From contig OZ024741.1 of the NCBI GenBank assembly GCA_964016885.1, positions 94,922,001-94,986,000 of the forward strand: 64,000 bases of DNA, in the 5' to 3' direction. Source of the stretch: Eledone cirrhosa. Lineage: Eukaryota. The notes under the pieces are model-generated. The model did not search any database. It was not told where the DNA came from and saw nothing but the letters and a program-made list of their open reading frames with translations. Position numbers and translations under genes: made by a program. This document shows, one piece after another, positions 25,290-42,715 of the stretch. Positions within the stretch are counted from its first letter, which is position 1. Each line of letters begins with the position of its first letter.

Positions 25290-27202
25290 CACGTATTTGT
25301 TTCTATGGAAAATTTGTAGAGAACTTGAGATTACATCACACCTGTTCCTGATAAAGTATGTGACTAGCAGATGGAATCCTGCCACGTCTCTGACATAAAA
25401 AGTCCCAATCCTGCTAGCTTTTAAAGTCACTGTTAGATCACCATTTTATGTTGCACAAAGTTATTATTCTACTTTGGGACACATCGACATATACAGAATT
25501 AATTAAATAGAAGCATTAAGGTGGAAGGGAGAAATTTCCTTTCTCTAAAGCTAAAGTGATATTTTTGTCTTATTTCATCCCACCATTCTTTCATATAACG
25601 AACATTGTTCACAAAACCATATTAAGTTTTATTGGGATATTTATTTTTTTATATTTTTAGAATTTTGTTATATAATCAATATTATTAATATCATTATCGT
25701 TGTAATTCTAGCTAATTGAGTACTCATTTTGAAAGATTTTTATACTGTATTCCATTAAAAGAATTTTAATATTTTATCGATATTGTTTGTTTATTCTTAC
25801 TACACAGCAGGACTATAAGTGTAACTGGAGAAGTAGTCATTCTAGAGGATACACATATACACACAGACGAAAAGTTTTTTTTCTATGGAAGAATGATCAC
25901 GGGTACAGTTAATAGACAGACAGGTTCTGAGGTGAGATTGGGGTGTGTTGGTCTGAATATACCTAAAATGTTTGGCTACATAAGTTATGTTAATTCAAGT
26001 GAATATCAGCATGATTGAGGAAAAGTAATCATATACCAACCTGTGTATAATGGTGCGTAAATATATATATACAAACACACATACTTAAAATGTATGTAGA
26101 TATCTAACATCTCCAAAAATTAGCTGACATTGGTATTATTAATAAATAATGTGGTCGGAGATTTCAATAGTAAACCTGCTAATAATTATTTTTTCTATGC
26201 TTAGTTGTTATGAAATATAATAAGAATAATTTGAACTTTGAAAGAATTCTTGATTCTATAGACCCCCATTTATTCCATTCATTTTAGAAGGGTAGTGGTG
26301 TACTACATAATAAAACAAAATGAGATGTAGATTAAATATATGTATTACATATATGAATGTAGACAGATGTTTAAGGAATAGTTTAAAGCAATTAAAGGAA
26401 AGCTCTTTTGAAGTGTTAAGTTCCAGACTGCAGCTTGGCTTGCAGTGAGTTACAATGAACAAAGTAAGTAGATGGCTGTTGGGTAGTTTATAAGAGACAA
26501 CCTACTGTAAACTACAGCAGGCTGGCTGTCTTTTATTAATGGCTGCAGTAGGATCTAGAAGATAACAATCAACATATGATGATGAAACACTGAAGACTGA
26601 CTGAGCAGTAAGAGAGAAGGTTGAGAGAGAATATAAAGTCTATATATATTAGTGAGACAATTGATTAGGATAAACCAGGAGGATTGTAGCATGCTGACAC
26701 TCAATGGTTTTGAAAGAACAACTGTGTGTGTATGTGTGGTCTGATTGACTGCTTTACCTGACAACTAAGAATGGAAGCTATGTTAGGCCCAATTGAAAAG
26801 TTAGCTTTACTTGCAGACAAACACAAATTTTTTTGATATGTTCTCAGACCTCAATTTGGGGGGGGGGGGGGGGGGGTATTTATTAGTACAAAAATAAGAT
26901 CTCTATTTTTTTTTTAGTATTTCCTTTACTTTGATATTTCATAATTGCAATTTTGAACTGAGTGTTTGTGACAAAGTAGGATTGTTTGCTAAAGGTATCC
27001 AAGGTTAAGATGTTTTTTTATTTTTTCACAAGATAATATTTTAGGCTTGGCACTATTAAAAATGAAAAGGAAAGGGAACTGCTGGTCTCTACTTTTGGTT
27101 GGAAGATCAAATATGAAAAGAAAAAAAGAAGAAATTTAGTTATGCATATATATGTACATATGTGTGTGTGTGTGTGTGTGCGTGTACTCAATTGAAAAAT
27201 TA

Positions 27203-27239
<37 letters not shown>

Positions 27240-27241
<2 letters not shown>

Positions 27242-28357
27242 TGTCCGTTTTTCCATGCATGCATGGGTTAGACAGGTCCTTCTCAGCATGGCATCTTTCC
27301 ACTTATCACGTTCCTTTGTCATCTCCTTTGTGAGTCTGGCACCTCCTCACCCATCAATCATGGTTCATGCGCATCATATGTCCATACCAACGCAGTTTTC
27401 TCTCCTGTACACCACCTCGGATTCCTCTTAAACCCAGCGTCTCCCTCAACTTGTCCAAGCTCTCTACCTTTCTCTTGCACTTATATTGCACATCCATGAA
27501 GCATGGTTGCTTCACTTCTCTCCAGTCTATGCATATTCTCTGCAGTCATTGCCCATGTTTCTCTACCATGCAGCATCACACATCACACACAAGTGTCATA
27601 CAGTCTTTTTATACGTAAGGAGAAACCTTTTGTGGTCAACAGTGGAAGTAGCTCTCTAAACTTTTTTGATCCTATCCTTATTCTAGTTATTATGCTCTCA
27701 GAGCACCTTCCTCTGTTGCTAATTAAGTTGTCTAGATAGCAGAAGCTATCAACCACTTTTATGGGCCCTTCCTATGACTGGAAAAGGTTTATATCCTTCC
27801 TCCTATGCATCTTTTACATACAGTTTTTCCTTCTTGTTAGGCTACCTGTTATCCCACTACATCTCTTTTGTACCCAAGATTTACATTGTGTACATTGAAT
27901 GGAGTTTATGCCCAATTCCTTTCTACATATTGAGCAGGGCCACTTCCCTGAAGGAATCAGGGTCCTATCTTCTCTCCTATTCACTAGCACTTTAGTTTTG
28001 GCTAAGTTTACTTTCAGACCTTTTGATTCTAAATTATGTTTCTATAGTTGGAACTTATTTTGTAGATCTTTAATGGATTCTGCTATAAAGACCAGTCATC
28101 TGCATAGAGAAGTTCCCAAGAGCAGCCAGTTTTAAACTCCTCTGTTATAGCCTGGAGAACTATAATGAATAGTAGTGGGCTAAGAACCGAACTCTGATGA
28201 ACTCTTACCTGTACCTTGAATTCCTCACTAAACTCACTTCCTACTCTCACTTTACTGACAGCTCTTCTGTACATGGCTTGCACTGCTCTTATCCGCCATT
28301 CTTCTCCACCTAATTTCCTTAAGGACCACCAGATAATAGATCAAGGTTCTCTCAAAG
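27240..28357 (-). mobile_element. Degenerate RTE LINE (family B-like)
   Basis: ORF 28083..28283 ([11 protein letters not shown]...YADD) plus tail. Confidence 0.85.
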
Positions 28358-28779
28358 ATGATGGGATCCATACTACAGAAGACTCACATACACACATAGG
28401 CAGAATGGATGGGTAAAAGGCAGAAAAAAAATGTAGCAACATTTTAACTACCAACTTATATCTTTTCTACTCTCTGTTGCCTCCATATAGTCTTCACTCT
28501 TGCCCACCTGATTTCCCCCTCCCCAAGCATCATTTTTCTTTCGTCCACATCCTTGATTTCTCCTTCCCTGTCCAACCCATACTAGCATGTAAAGATAGAT
28601 GCATCTCCATTGTACAGCTACTTGTTGCTTGCTGATTCTCTCTTTCTCTCTCCAAAACCAACCCTATGATTTAACATAGTCCCCCACCCCCAAATTTATC
28701 CATGTAGTTACATCTCCTCTTCCAGCTATACGAATATGGAAATCTGAGTGGGGGGCACTCCACAATACTGTTAGCCGTC

Positions 28780-29222
28780 ACTCCTTTCTCCCTCGGCAAA
28801 CAACAGATAGCTTGTTCCCCCTACTTCTTATCACATCCCTCTTAACCAGGCTGAAGACATAAGCTTCCCAGTGTTGAAATGTGGTAGTGCTGGTGACATA
28901 ATAAAATGCACATGACCCATTTTGTAAAGTGGTAGGGCTGGTGTTGCAATAAAATGCAACCAGCACATTCTGTAATGTGATAGTACTGGTGCCATGACAA
29001 AAAGCACCCAGTCTACTCCGTAAGGAGGCAGTGCTGGTTCCATGATAAAATGGTCCCAATACATACTGTAAAGTAGTTGGCATAAGGATGGGAATACAGC
29101 TATAGAAATCTTGCCAAAAGTGGAACATATGAGATAGATGTCACTGGATTGGTATAGTCTCATAACATGATAACTTGTCTAACCCATGCAAGTATGGTAA
29201 ATAAACCTTGAAGTGGTGAAGA
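28780..29222 (+). mobile_element. Old RTE 3'UTR fragment
   Basis: Repeated cactgtaaagtgg-type modules and aacccatgcaagtatgg. Confidence 0.65.
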
Positions 29223-29410
29223 TGTTAGTTATCACTGTATTGGTGAGCTTGAAAAGATGGATACTAGGAAGTTGTTAGATCTGGGGGTTTTTACTCTGTT
29301 AATTATTGTGTCAGGTTGTACCTTCATAACCATATTACATGTGATATTATCAGAGGGGACTTTTATGGCAGTTGGTACAGTCAATTATTGCAGGCAACAA
29401 TATATATATA

Positions 29411-29913
29411 TCATCATCTTAGTTTAACGTTCACCTTCCACGCTAGCATGGGTTAGACGGGAGTTGTTCCACGTGAGGCAAGGTTGGTTGGGTGACCGTG
29501 TCTCGCTCATATAGGACTATCTGGCAGGTTTTCTATGGCTGGATGCCCTTCCTAACACCAACCACATTTACAGTGTGGACTGGGAACTTTTCACCATGTT
29601 ACCTACACGGCCACATTACAGCGTGGACTGTGTTTTTTTGTCATGACACCTACACGATCTCGATCTCGATATCTCATTTATTTGGACTGAATGTTGTGGT
29701 ACCAACTTTACAGAGAGAGGGTGGTGTTGGTGGGAGTGGGAGGATAGGGTAGGGGTAGTAGATTGGGGTGTATATTTGGTTAAGAGGTGCCTACTGACTG
29801 TAGGTTTCGCTTTGTACATAGGCAAGGCGGGTCTTCTGTATTACTGAGTAGTGCCAAAGATCTCGGTCCAGTGACATTGTCTTAGAGAGGTGCAAGTGTG
29901 TAAGGTCAGAATT
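29411..29913 (-). mobile_element. RTE family A-like 3' end
   Basis: [20 protein letters not shown] plus 3'UTR. Confidence 0.88.
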
Positions 29914-30022
29914 TATATATATATATAAAGTAATAATAATAAATGTGAAGACTAAACTCCGAAGAGGGCTCGATAAGCAAATATATATATAAATATATAT
30001 AAAAACCGTAGAGCAAATATTT

Positions 30023-30154
30023 ATTAAAATAACATTAACGTTTAAGCAAAGAATCGCTGCAATCACCCCCAACGGGATCTTCTGAAATTCGGTTTCAGAA
30101 GTTCCCATTAAGGGTGAAAGCAGTGATTCTTTGCTTTTAATCTGTTATTTTAAT
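30023..30154. ncRNA. Head-to-head pair of degenerate A4-variant hammerheads (same family as 9083-9139)
   Basis: aagcaaagaatcgctgc...gatcttctgaaa ttcgg tttcagaagttcccattaagggtgaaagcagtgattctttgctt. Confidence 0.65.
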
Positions 30155-30908
30155 CATCATCATCACCGTTTTACGTCCGTTCTTCCACGCTAGCATGGGT
30201 TAGACGGGTTGTCCTGTTGTATATATAATTATAAAGTGTTGGGTCCCAACGGCTGAGCTCTTGCCATTTCAAAAGCTAGTTCCAAACTCATTAGATATAT
30301 ATGTATATATATAAAAAAAAACTGGTGATACAAGTCATAGGGATTGGGAAAAACTTTAGTGGGAGTATCATAATACAAATATGGAATGATATCAGTGTGG
30401 ATTTTCACTGTTTCTATACTTATACTCTGTATCATACTCATACTCTTTCTTCTCTTCTTTCACCCTCTCACTGTTGCCACTCTCTTTTCTATTCATTCTC
30501 ATGATCATGTTTGCTTACAGTGAACCGACACAATGTAGATTAGAAAGGTCTCTTTAGTTATGCTGGGAACAACACAAACTCTATGATAAAATGCACCAAG
30601 TTAGTTATGCATATATATGTACATATGTGTGTGTGTGTGTGTGTACTCAATTGAAAAATTAGCTATATATATATATATATATATATACTAAATTAGCTAT
30701 ATATATATATATATACTAAATTAGCTATATATATATATATATTTTACTAAATTCTGTGGATGAATTTATATCCTGATTCTCTTTTGAGATGAGTTTGAGT
30801 TATTTTTCCTAAATCTTTCGTTAACTACTTTTCCCATGTTGACGTTATAGTCGCATATATGTTATAGAATGCCGTTAGCTTCTTGCTAAAACAATCTCTA
30901 TACCTCTC

Positions 30909-30954
<46 letters not shown>

Positions 30955-31605
30955 TGTCCGTTTTTCCATGCATGCATGGGTTAGACAGGTCCTTCTCAGC
31001 ATGGCATCTTTCCACTCATCACGTTCCTTTGTCATCTCCTTTGTGAGTCTGGCACCTCCTCACCCATCAATCATGGTTCATGCGCATCACATGTCCATAC
31101 CAACGCAGTTTTCTCTCCTGAAGTAGTTGGTAAATGGAGACAATATTGGGTAAAACGGATTCTTTAATCTTGTTTAGGTCCTGAAACCTCTTTAGTGCTA
31201 TGATAAAATGCATTTACTGTACTCTGTAAAGTGAGTGACATTAGGAAGGGTATCGAGCTATAGAAACCATGCCAAAATTGAGATATATATATGAGATGTG
31301 TCCATCTGAGAGAGTAGTAACTCCAAAACTAAGAACAGACTCAGTCCACTACAATTTGTTCTAACCATGTCAGCATGGGAATCAAATGTTAAATGATTAT
31401 TAAAGATTCTATGTTATTCATTGGATCACTTAATTACTAGTGTTATTAGTGAAATAGATAGCCAGAGAACCTACGTCTTTATAAATTATGGTTTAGATCT
31501 ATTTCATGAATTTCTGATGATTGTTAGAATTAAGTTTTCATTTAATGATACATAAAAAAATTGGAATTTCTGTTATGTTTCATCTAATTTTGTTTTCGGT
31601 TTTAA

Positions 31606-31793
31606 CTCTTAATGTCCTGTACCACATGAATCCACATTAATAAAACATTCTTGAAAAATACAAAACATGACTACGACTGCATTACATTAAAAAAATTCCA
31701 CAATAATCTGTCCTGGTGAAGATACAAACATTTGAATTAAAAACAAACCTGTTTTTAAATATATTCTGCTAAATCATTACAGGATGTTAAGAG
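31606..31793. mobile_element. piggyBac-type MITE
   Basis: TTAA target sites at 31602-31605 and 31794-31797; TIRs CTCTTAATGTCCTGTA / TACAGGATGTTAAGAG (14/16). Confidence 0.75.
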
Positions 31794-32356
31794 TTAAATA
31801 TTTTATCTTAACACAAGTAACCTTGGAAACATAATTATATCTCTTGATGTTCTTATAGAATGAAAATGAAGTTTGTACCTGGTTGGCACATTGACATTAA
31901 AATAATAGCTGTAAGTTAAGGATTAAAATTAATGTATAGGATAATTATTTCAATAGAAAAGATTTTTTTCTAGCACACCAAGAAAGAGCTGTTATAGTTA
32001 TATAAATGGTGAAAACTATTGGGTATAAAATTCAGAACTCTTATGAGATGAGTTTTATGTAAAAGAGTTTAGAAAGCAATAAGGTGAAACAATAATTGAA
32101 TGGTGAATATGAGAAACAACTTGAATAGTCACAGATGAAAAATATATGACAATTTGTAAAACTATGTTATAGCATTTTGAATATATGGTCATTGGAAAGC
32201 TTAAATGAGAGAGAGAATGGTGTGGATTCATTCATGTCATACTGCTGTGGAAAATGAATAGAATCTCTAAAAAGACAAGATGAGGATTTTTGTTTTTGAT
32301 CTCTAAATATTTTTATCTTTGTAAAAAATGCTTTCATGTAGCTGTATGATTCATTG

Positions 32357-32900
32357 TCATCATCATTTTACTTCCACTTTCCATGCCGGCATGGGTTAAA
32401 TGGATTGACATGGACCAGGTCAGTTTCAGAGTTACTGTCCTTATCAGGTCAGGAGATCATGTCCACACTCTTATGTTCGAAATTTTGGTGTGGTTTCTAT
32501 GGCTGGATGCCCTTTTCTAATGCCAACCACTTTAAGGTATATGCTGGGTGCTTTTTATCAAAGCACTTGTACACTATGTCATCATTCAATTTGATTGTTA
32601 CTCACTTTATAGATTGTACTGAGTGCATTTTATCATGGCACTAACACTAGAGAGATTTTCTTGTCCACTGCAAGACTAAGGGGACCAGTCCACACCATGT
32701 TGTTTCTTTGAAGGCAAAAAGGACTTAGAGAGTGATGGCCAAGAGAAGAAGCAGAAGGATGGTTTGGTAAGAGATAGTGAAAGTGGTGGGTAGGAAGTTC
32801 AATAGAGCAGTTGAATAGGGAAGGGGTGTGAGCAATGTGACAGGATACCAATAGGTATGTCTTGGTATGAGAGAGTGAGTGATGGGCACTGCATGGAAAC
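32357..32900 (-). mobile_element. Old RTE 3'UTR remnant
   Basis: ttccatgccggcatgggtt and ttctatggctggatgccctt motifs. Confidence 0.6.
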
Positions 32901-33279
32901 AGAGTGGTAGATGTCAGCTCAGCTGAGAGTCTTTTTCTCCTCATTCAACAATTTCTTGCATTAACACTTCCATACTGATTACTTTTCAGCCTCTGAGTAT
33001 GTATGCTGCTGTTATTCCATACACACTTCTTCTCTGTGACATCACAATTCTCTCTAATAAACAGCCTTGCTATCTGGAACATCTTAGGTTACAGAGTATT
33101 GGCAAACCTCTTACTTTCTGCGTCCCCTCTAGCTCCCTTCTAACTATTTGATATAGTTCTTTTCAGACTTTTCAAGCATGTCTCTTAGCTTTTACGACCC
33201 TATCTACAGTACTGTTCAACTATTATGTCACCTCCAGTTTGGCTAGTTACTTTGCCCCACTGCAAATCTTGTCTGTAGG

Positions 33280-33426
33280 CAGTGCCAGATTTACCAGTGC
33301 TTAGATGTGCTTAGGCACAGGCCCCTGTTGGCCAAGGGTCCCCATCTTCCTGCCAAAAACATTTTCTACGACAAATTTTTCAAATGTTTGGAGCAAAGGG
33401 CCTCATTTGTCCTAAATCCAGCACTG
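33280..33426. mobile_element. hAT-type MITE
   Basis: TIRs CAGTGCCAGATTTA / TAAATCCAGCACTG (12/14); degenerate 8-bp TSD tctgtagg / tccgtagc. Confidence 0.7.
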
Positions 33427-34476
33427 TCCGTAGCCCTCAAAAGGTTGTCTTGCAGAAATTTCTCGTTATTTATGCTAGAGGATTGCAATTCTTCTTCCTC
33501 CTCCTTTTCAAGGGCTTCATCTTTAAACCTATTACTATTCAACTTCCATATTCTCCTTTGGTTTGTCTATGCATCTGGCTCTTATTCTGAAGTAACTAGT
33601 CACCAATATATGTTAGGTGGTACATTCTTTAAGGAAGGACTTAGCATTTACAACCTTTTACCTATCATGTTTCCTAGTGAGAATAAAATATGTGGTTTGT
33701 GTGTCTGCCTGATTGGTAGGTGATCACTTGGCTGGTTACTTTCCTGAAGTTAAGTGTCGCAAATTGTGAAATCATTTGTGTCACAAAACTCTAGAAACGT
33801 TGATCTCTCTCTTCATTTTGCTCACTAAGGCCATAACCTCCATGCACAGCTTGGATAATGATGTCACAGTTGTTCATTATCTAGGTAGTTTATAACAGAA
33901 CCTCATAGAAGTGGTCCTAGCTTGCAGTGTGTATGCAGAGATGAGTCACATTCATATTGTTCATGGCTAAGCCTAATTATCCTGTCACAAACTTTGACTA
34001 CATCTGTTACCTTATCTACCTATTTCTCTGCCAATTTTACTTATCACATCCACACCATCATTGCTATCTATCCCAAAAAAACTTGTACCTATGTTCCTTC
34101 TTCGTGAGAAGACTGGCTGAAGCCTTTCTCCGTCATACACCTCTATATATTTCAACAATTTCTTCACACCTTTTTACTGTACTGACATTGCTTGTTACAA
34201 CTCAGAAGTTTTGAACCTGATGCTTGGATGGGAGGCTCATATGTCTTCTTCACCTGAAAAGATTTTTTTTTGTGATCATTTGGCAGTAGATGGTGAGCTC
34301 TTTACTTATGGTCATATTTTTCTATTTAAAGACTATTACCACCAGCCACTAAATGACTCATGGCTGGAACTTGAGTGAAAGGATCTCAAGCTAGCCATAA
34401 GACCTCAACTGTAGGTAGGAGTGACTAGGAATGCCAACAATAATGAGTGTGTGTGTGTATATATATATATATACAG

Positions 34477-34651
34477 TTCCACACTGTAAATGTGGTTGGT
34501 GTTAGGAAGGGGATCCAGCTGTAGAAAACCTGCCAGATAGTCCTCTATGAGCGAGACACGGTCACCCGACCAACCTTGACTCAAATTGGGACAACTCCCG
34601 TCTAACCCATGCTAGCGTGGAAAATGGAGGTTAAACGAAGATGATGATGAT
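34477..34651 (+). mobile_element. RTE 3'UTR/tail fragment
   Basis: ggttggtgttaggaaggg...ttaaacgaagatgatgatg. Confidence 0.85.
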
Positions 34652-34657
34652 ATATAT

Positions 34658-34690
<33 letters not shown>

Positions 34691-34701
34691 ATATAATATA
34701 A

Positions 34702-34865
34702 GGTGGCAAATTGGCAGAGTCGTTAGAATGTTGGATAGAATGCTTTATGGTATTTGTTCCTGCTCCGTCCTCTCCTCTGAGTTCAAATCCCGCTGAGGTC
34801 AACTTTGCCTTTCATCCTTTCGAGGTCAATAAAAAAAAGTATCAGTCTAGTACTGGGGTCGATTG
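34702..34865 (+). mobile_element. tRNA-derived SINE (octopus-type, Nin-domain-like)
   Basis: A-box-like TGGCAGAGTCG, B-box GAGTTCAAATCC, then actttgcctttcatcctttcgaggtcaataaaa. Confidence 0.8.
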
Positions 34866-35033
34866 TTTCCTCTGTATCTCTTTTCTCATTTTCTCTCTCT
34901 CATTTTCCATCTTACTCTGGAAGGAATCTGCTGTACTCGTGCCTGGAGAGGGATGGGCTCTGCTAGACTTAAAATGCCCAAGAAATGCTGTATGTCAATA
35001 CGTGGCCCCTACAACTCTACAGGAGTTACGGGA

Positions 35034-38475
<3,442 letters not shown>

Positions 38476-38597
38476 TATATATATATATATGGTCCCGTAA
38501 CTCCTGTAGAGTTGTAGGGGCCACGTATTGACATACAGCATTTCTTGGGCATTTCACCAGTCCTCATCGCGGCTTAACTTGCTAGAAATAGAAGCAA

Positions 38598-38890
38598 TCG
38601 AAAGGTTGTGAGTTCAATTCTCAGACCAGGTGATGTGTTGTTTCCTTGAGCAAGACACTTTATTTCACATTGCTCCAGTTTACTCAGCTGTAGAAATGAG
38701 ATGATAGGGACTGGGGTCCCTATCATTCCACTGTAAAGTGGTCGTGGAGGTGCCACGGCAAAAAAGCACCCAGCACTCACTGTAAATGAGGTTGGTGTTA
38801 GGAAGGGCACCCAACTGTAGAAATCAAGCTAGCATCAGTTCCCGTCCCACCCTTGCAAGCAGGGAAAGAAGCGGACGTAAAATGAAATGA
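38598..38890 (+). mobile_element. tRNA-SINE head joined to an RTE 3'UTR tail
   Basis: B-box gagttcaattc and ccttgagcaagacactt core, then RTE family C/B 3' sequence. Confidence 0.7.
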
Positions 38891-38910
38891 ATACATGTAT
38901 ATATATATAC

Positions 38911-38957
<47 letters not shown>

Positions 38958-39099
38958 CATGTATATATACATATATATATATACATATATATATATAGAT
39001 GTATATATACATATATATATATATAGATGTATATATATACATATATATATATATGTATATATATATATGTATATATATATATGTATATATATATATATG

Positions 39100-39168
<69 letters not shown>

Positions 39169-39548
39169 GTATATATATATATGTATATATATATACATGT
39201 ATATATATATATATATACATGTATATATATATACATGTATATATGTATATATATATATATGTATATATATATACATGTATATATGTATATATATATATAT
39301 ATATACACACATGTATATATATATACATGTATATATATATATACATGTATATATATATATATACATGTATATATATATATACATGTATATATATATATAC
39401 ATGTATATATATATATACATGTATATATATATATATATATACATGTATATATATATATAATCATGTATATATATATATATATACATGTATATATATATAT
39501 ATATACATGTATATATATATATATATACATGTATATTTATATATATAC

Positions 39549-39604
<56 letters not shown>

Positions 39605-39618
39605 ATATATATATATAC

Positions 39619-39653
<35 letters not shown>

Positions 39654-39674
39654 CATGTATATATATATATATAC

Positions 39675-39738
<64 letters not shown>

Positions 39739-39752
39739 ATATATATATATAC

Positions 39753-39812
<60 letters not shown>

Positions 39813-39902
39813 ATATATATATACATGTATATATATATATACATGTATATATATATATATACATGTATATATATATATACATGTATATATATATATATAT
39901 AT

Positions 39903-39942
<40 letters not shown>

Positions 39943-40000
39943 ATATATATATACATGTATATATATATATATATATATACATGTATATATATATAAATAT

Positions 40001-40042
<42 letters not shown>

Positions 40043-40094
40043 ATATATGTATATACATGTATATATATATATATACATGTATATATATATATAT
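38891..40094. repeat. (TA)n array with CATG variants
   Basis: Direct reading. Confidence 0.98.
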
Positions 40095-40895
40095 ACAATA
40101 TATTTAGAAACACACAGATACATGCGGACACACACATATATACATGAATGCATCCGCACCCAACTGTGAGTTAAGGGTGCCAACTTCACCGATGTTGCTC
40201 AATGAATGACTGGGACAGACCAATTCAGTTGAACTAGACTGAACCAGTATCAGAGTTAAAAATACATTATGAAGAGAGAAGAAACATTTAGATATAATTA
40301 GTAATAAAATGTATCATACCTAAACTGCTCCTAAATTCCTCGACTACGTAGTTTCGTGGCATAAACAAAAACAATATATCATAAAGATATAGAGTCCTTG
40401 CGAGGTCTGCCGACTTATCAAGAGGATACCTCATTTTACTAGTCTCAAGAACGCGTCTACACGACGTGAGAAAGAATCCCAAAAGGCGGAGGGGGAGATA
40501 GTCACGCGATATAACGGTCGAGAAACAGAGCTAAGCCTCTTATAACCACGAAGAAAATACCACGGAGGCGAAGGGGGTATTCATATCGAGGCCGTAGAAG
40601 AGGTGGTGAAGAAGGCGAGAAGTATGAGTAATGGAAGCTTTCCAGTTGTCCCCACACTTCAAAGATTGCTCGACCAGAGGGAGTTATTAACAATATATTT
40701 AGAAACACACAGATACATGCGGACACACACATATATACATGAATGCATCCGCACCCAACTGTGAGTTAAGGGTGCCAACTTCACCGATGTTGCTCAATGA
40801 ATGACTGGGACAGACCAATTCAGTTGAACTAGACTGAACCAGTATCAGAGTTAAAAATACATTATGAAGAGAGAAGAAACATTTAGATATAATTA
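40095..40895 (-). mobile_element. Terminally redundant non-coding element (206-bp identical direct repeats, 595-bp period) with an HHR
   Basis: 40095-40300 is identical to 40690-40895; TA arrays on both sides. Confidence 0.88.
40337..40426 (-). ncRNA. Type I hammerhead with U3-A8 covariation and branched stem II
   Basis: tcctc TTGATAA gt(c)ggca...tgccac GAAAC tacgta GTC gagga. Confidence 0.8.
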
Positions 40896-41463
<568 letters not shown>

Positions 41464-41464
41464 G

Positions 41465-41775
41465 TTGTTATACTTTGGGAGGGTCATGTTGCCAATAAGA
41501 AACACACGCACCAGTTGCTTTCACTTCAATTTAATTTAATATATATTTATAAATTTACAAATTTATAAATTTCTGGTTGGTTGGTTGGTTCCAACCAACC
41601 AACCAGAAATTTATAAATTTGTAAATTTATAAATATATATTAAATTAAATTGAAGTGAAAGCAACTGGTGCGTGTGTTTCTTATTGGCAACATGACCCTC
41701 CCAAAGTATAACAATATCGGTTTCAACACACGATTTCAGATAAAGAATCTTGCTAAACAAATTCAGAAACGAAAT
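41465..41775. mobile_element. TA-flanked element with a 250-bp palindrome (41465-41714) and 3' extension
   Basis: Centre (GGTT)n tt (CCAA)n; exact arms by eye. Confidence 0.85.
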
Positions 41776-42715
41776 ATATATACATGTATATATATATATA
41801 CATGTATATATATATATACATGTATATATATATATGTATACATGTATATATATATGTATACATGTATATATATATATGTATATATATATATCATCATCAT
41901 CATCATCATCAACGTTTAACGTCCGTGTTCCACGCTTGCATGGGTTTGGACGGGGGTAGTCCCACTTGAGGCAAGAGTGATTGTCTTGCTCGCATAGGAC
42001 TGTCTGGCAGGTTTTCTACAGTTGGATGCCCTTCCTAACACCAACCACATTTACAGTGTGGGTCTGGGAGGTTTTTACCGTGTTGCCTACACGGCCACAT
42101 TACAGCGTGGACTGTGTGTTTTTTTGTCGTGACACCTACACGATCTCATTTGTTTCGGCCCGGATGGCGCGGCACCAACATAACTTTACATAGGACGGGG
42201 TGGTGTGGATGGGGTGGGGGTGGTGGTGGTGGGACGGGGTGTATTTTGTTAGAGATGCCTACTGGCAAGGCGGGTCTTCTCTGTTACTGAGTACCGCCAA
42301 AGGTCTCGGTCCAGTGACATTGTCTTGGAGAGGTGTAAGTGTGTGAGGTCGGAGTTTATCAGCTCGGCCCAGGTTTTTCTAGGTCTGCCTATTCCGTGGC
42401 TACCGTCTATCTTTATTGCCCTGCACTTTGTTATACAGCTATCGACTTTCATGCGCATCATGTGCCCATACCAACGTAGCCTTCTCTCGAGTAAACAACA
42501 TCTGATCCCTCTTATCTCTAATTTTTTTCCTTAGTTCGTTTATGCTTTGCCGTTCACGTATATTACTGTTACACATCCAGCGGAGCATGCAAGCTTCGTT
42601 CCTCTCTAGTCTGCGTATATCCTCTGCACACAATGCCCAGGTCTCACTGCCATGCAACATTGCTGTTCGTATGCAGGCATCGTACAACCTGCCTTTCATT
42701 TTTAGGGAGAACCCT

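Noticed and set aside
34702-34795. tRNA gene
   Set aside because: A/B boxes are present but there is no cloverleaf, and it is followed by a SINE body.
34940-34995. CTGGAGA...gggc/gccc...GAAATGCTGTA HHR-like string
   Set aside because: Core and stem III mismatches; at best a decayed remnant.
38476-38567. N-terminal extension of the CR1 ORF (MRTGEMPKKCC...)
   Set aside because: Read-through from the inverted-repeat arm and TA run; not CR1 coding sequence.
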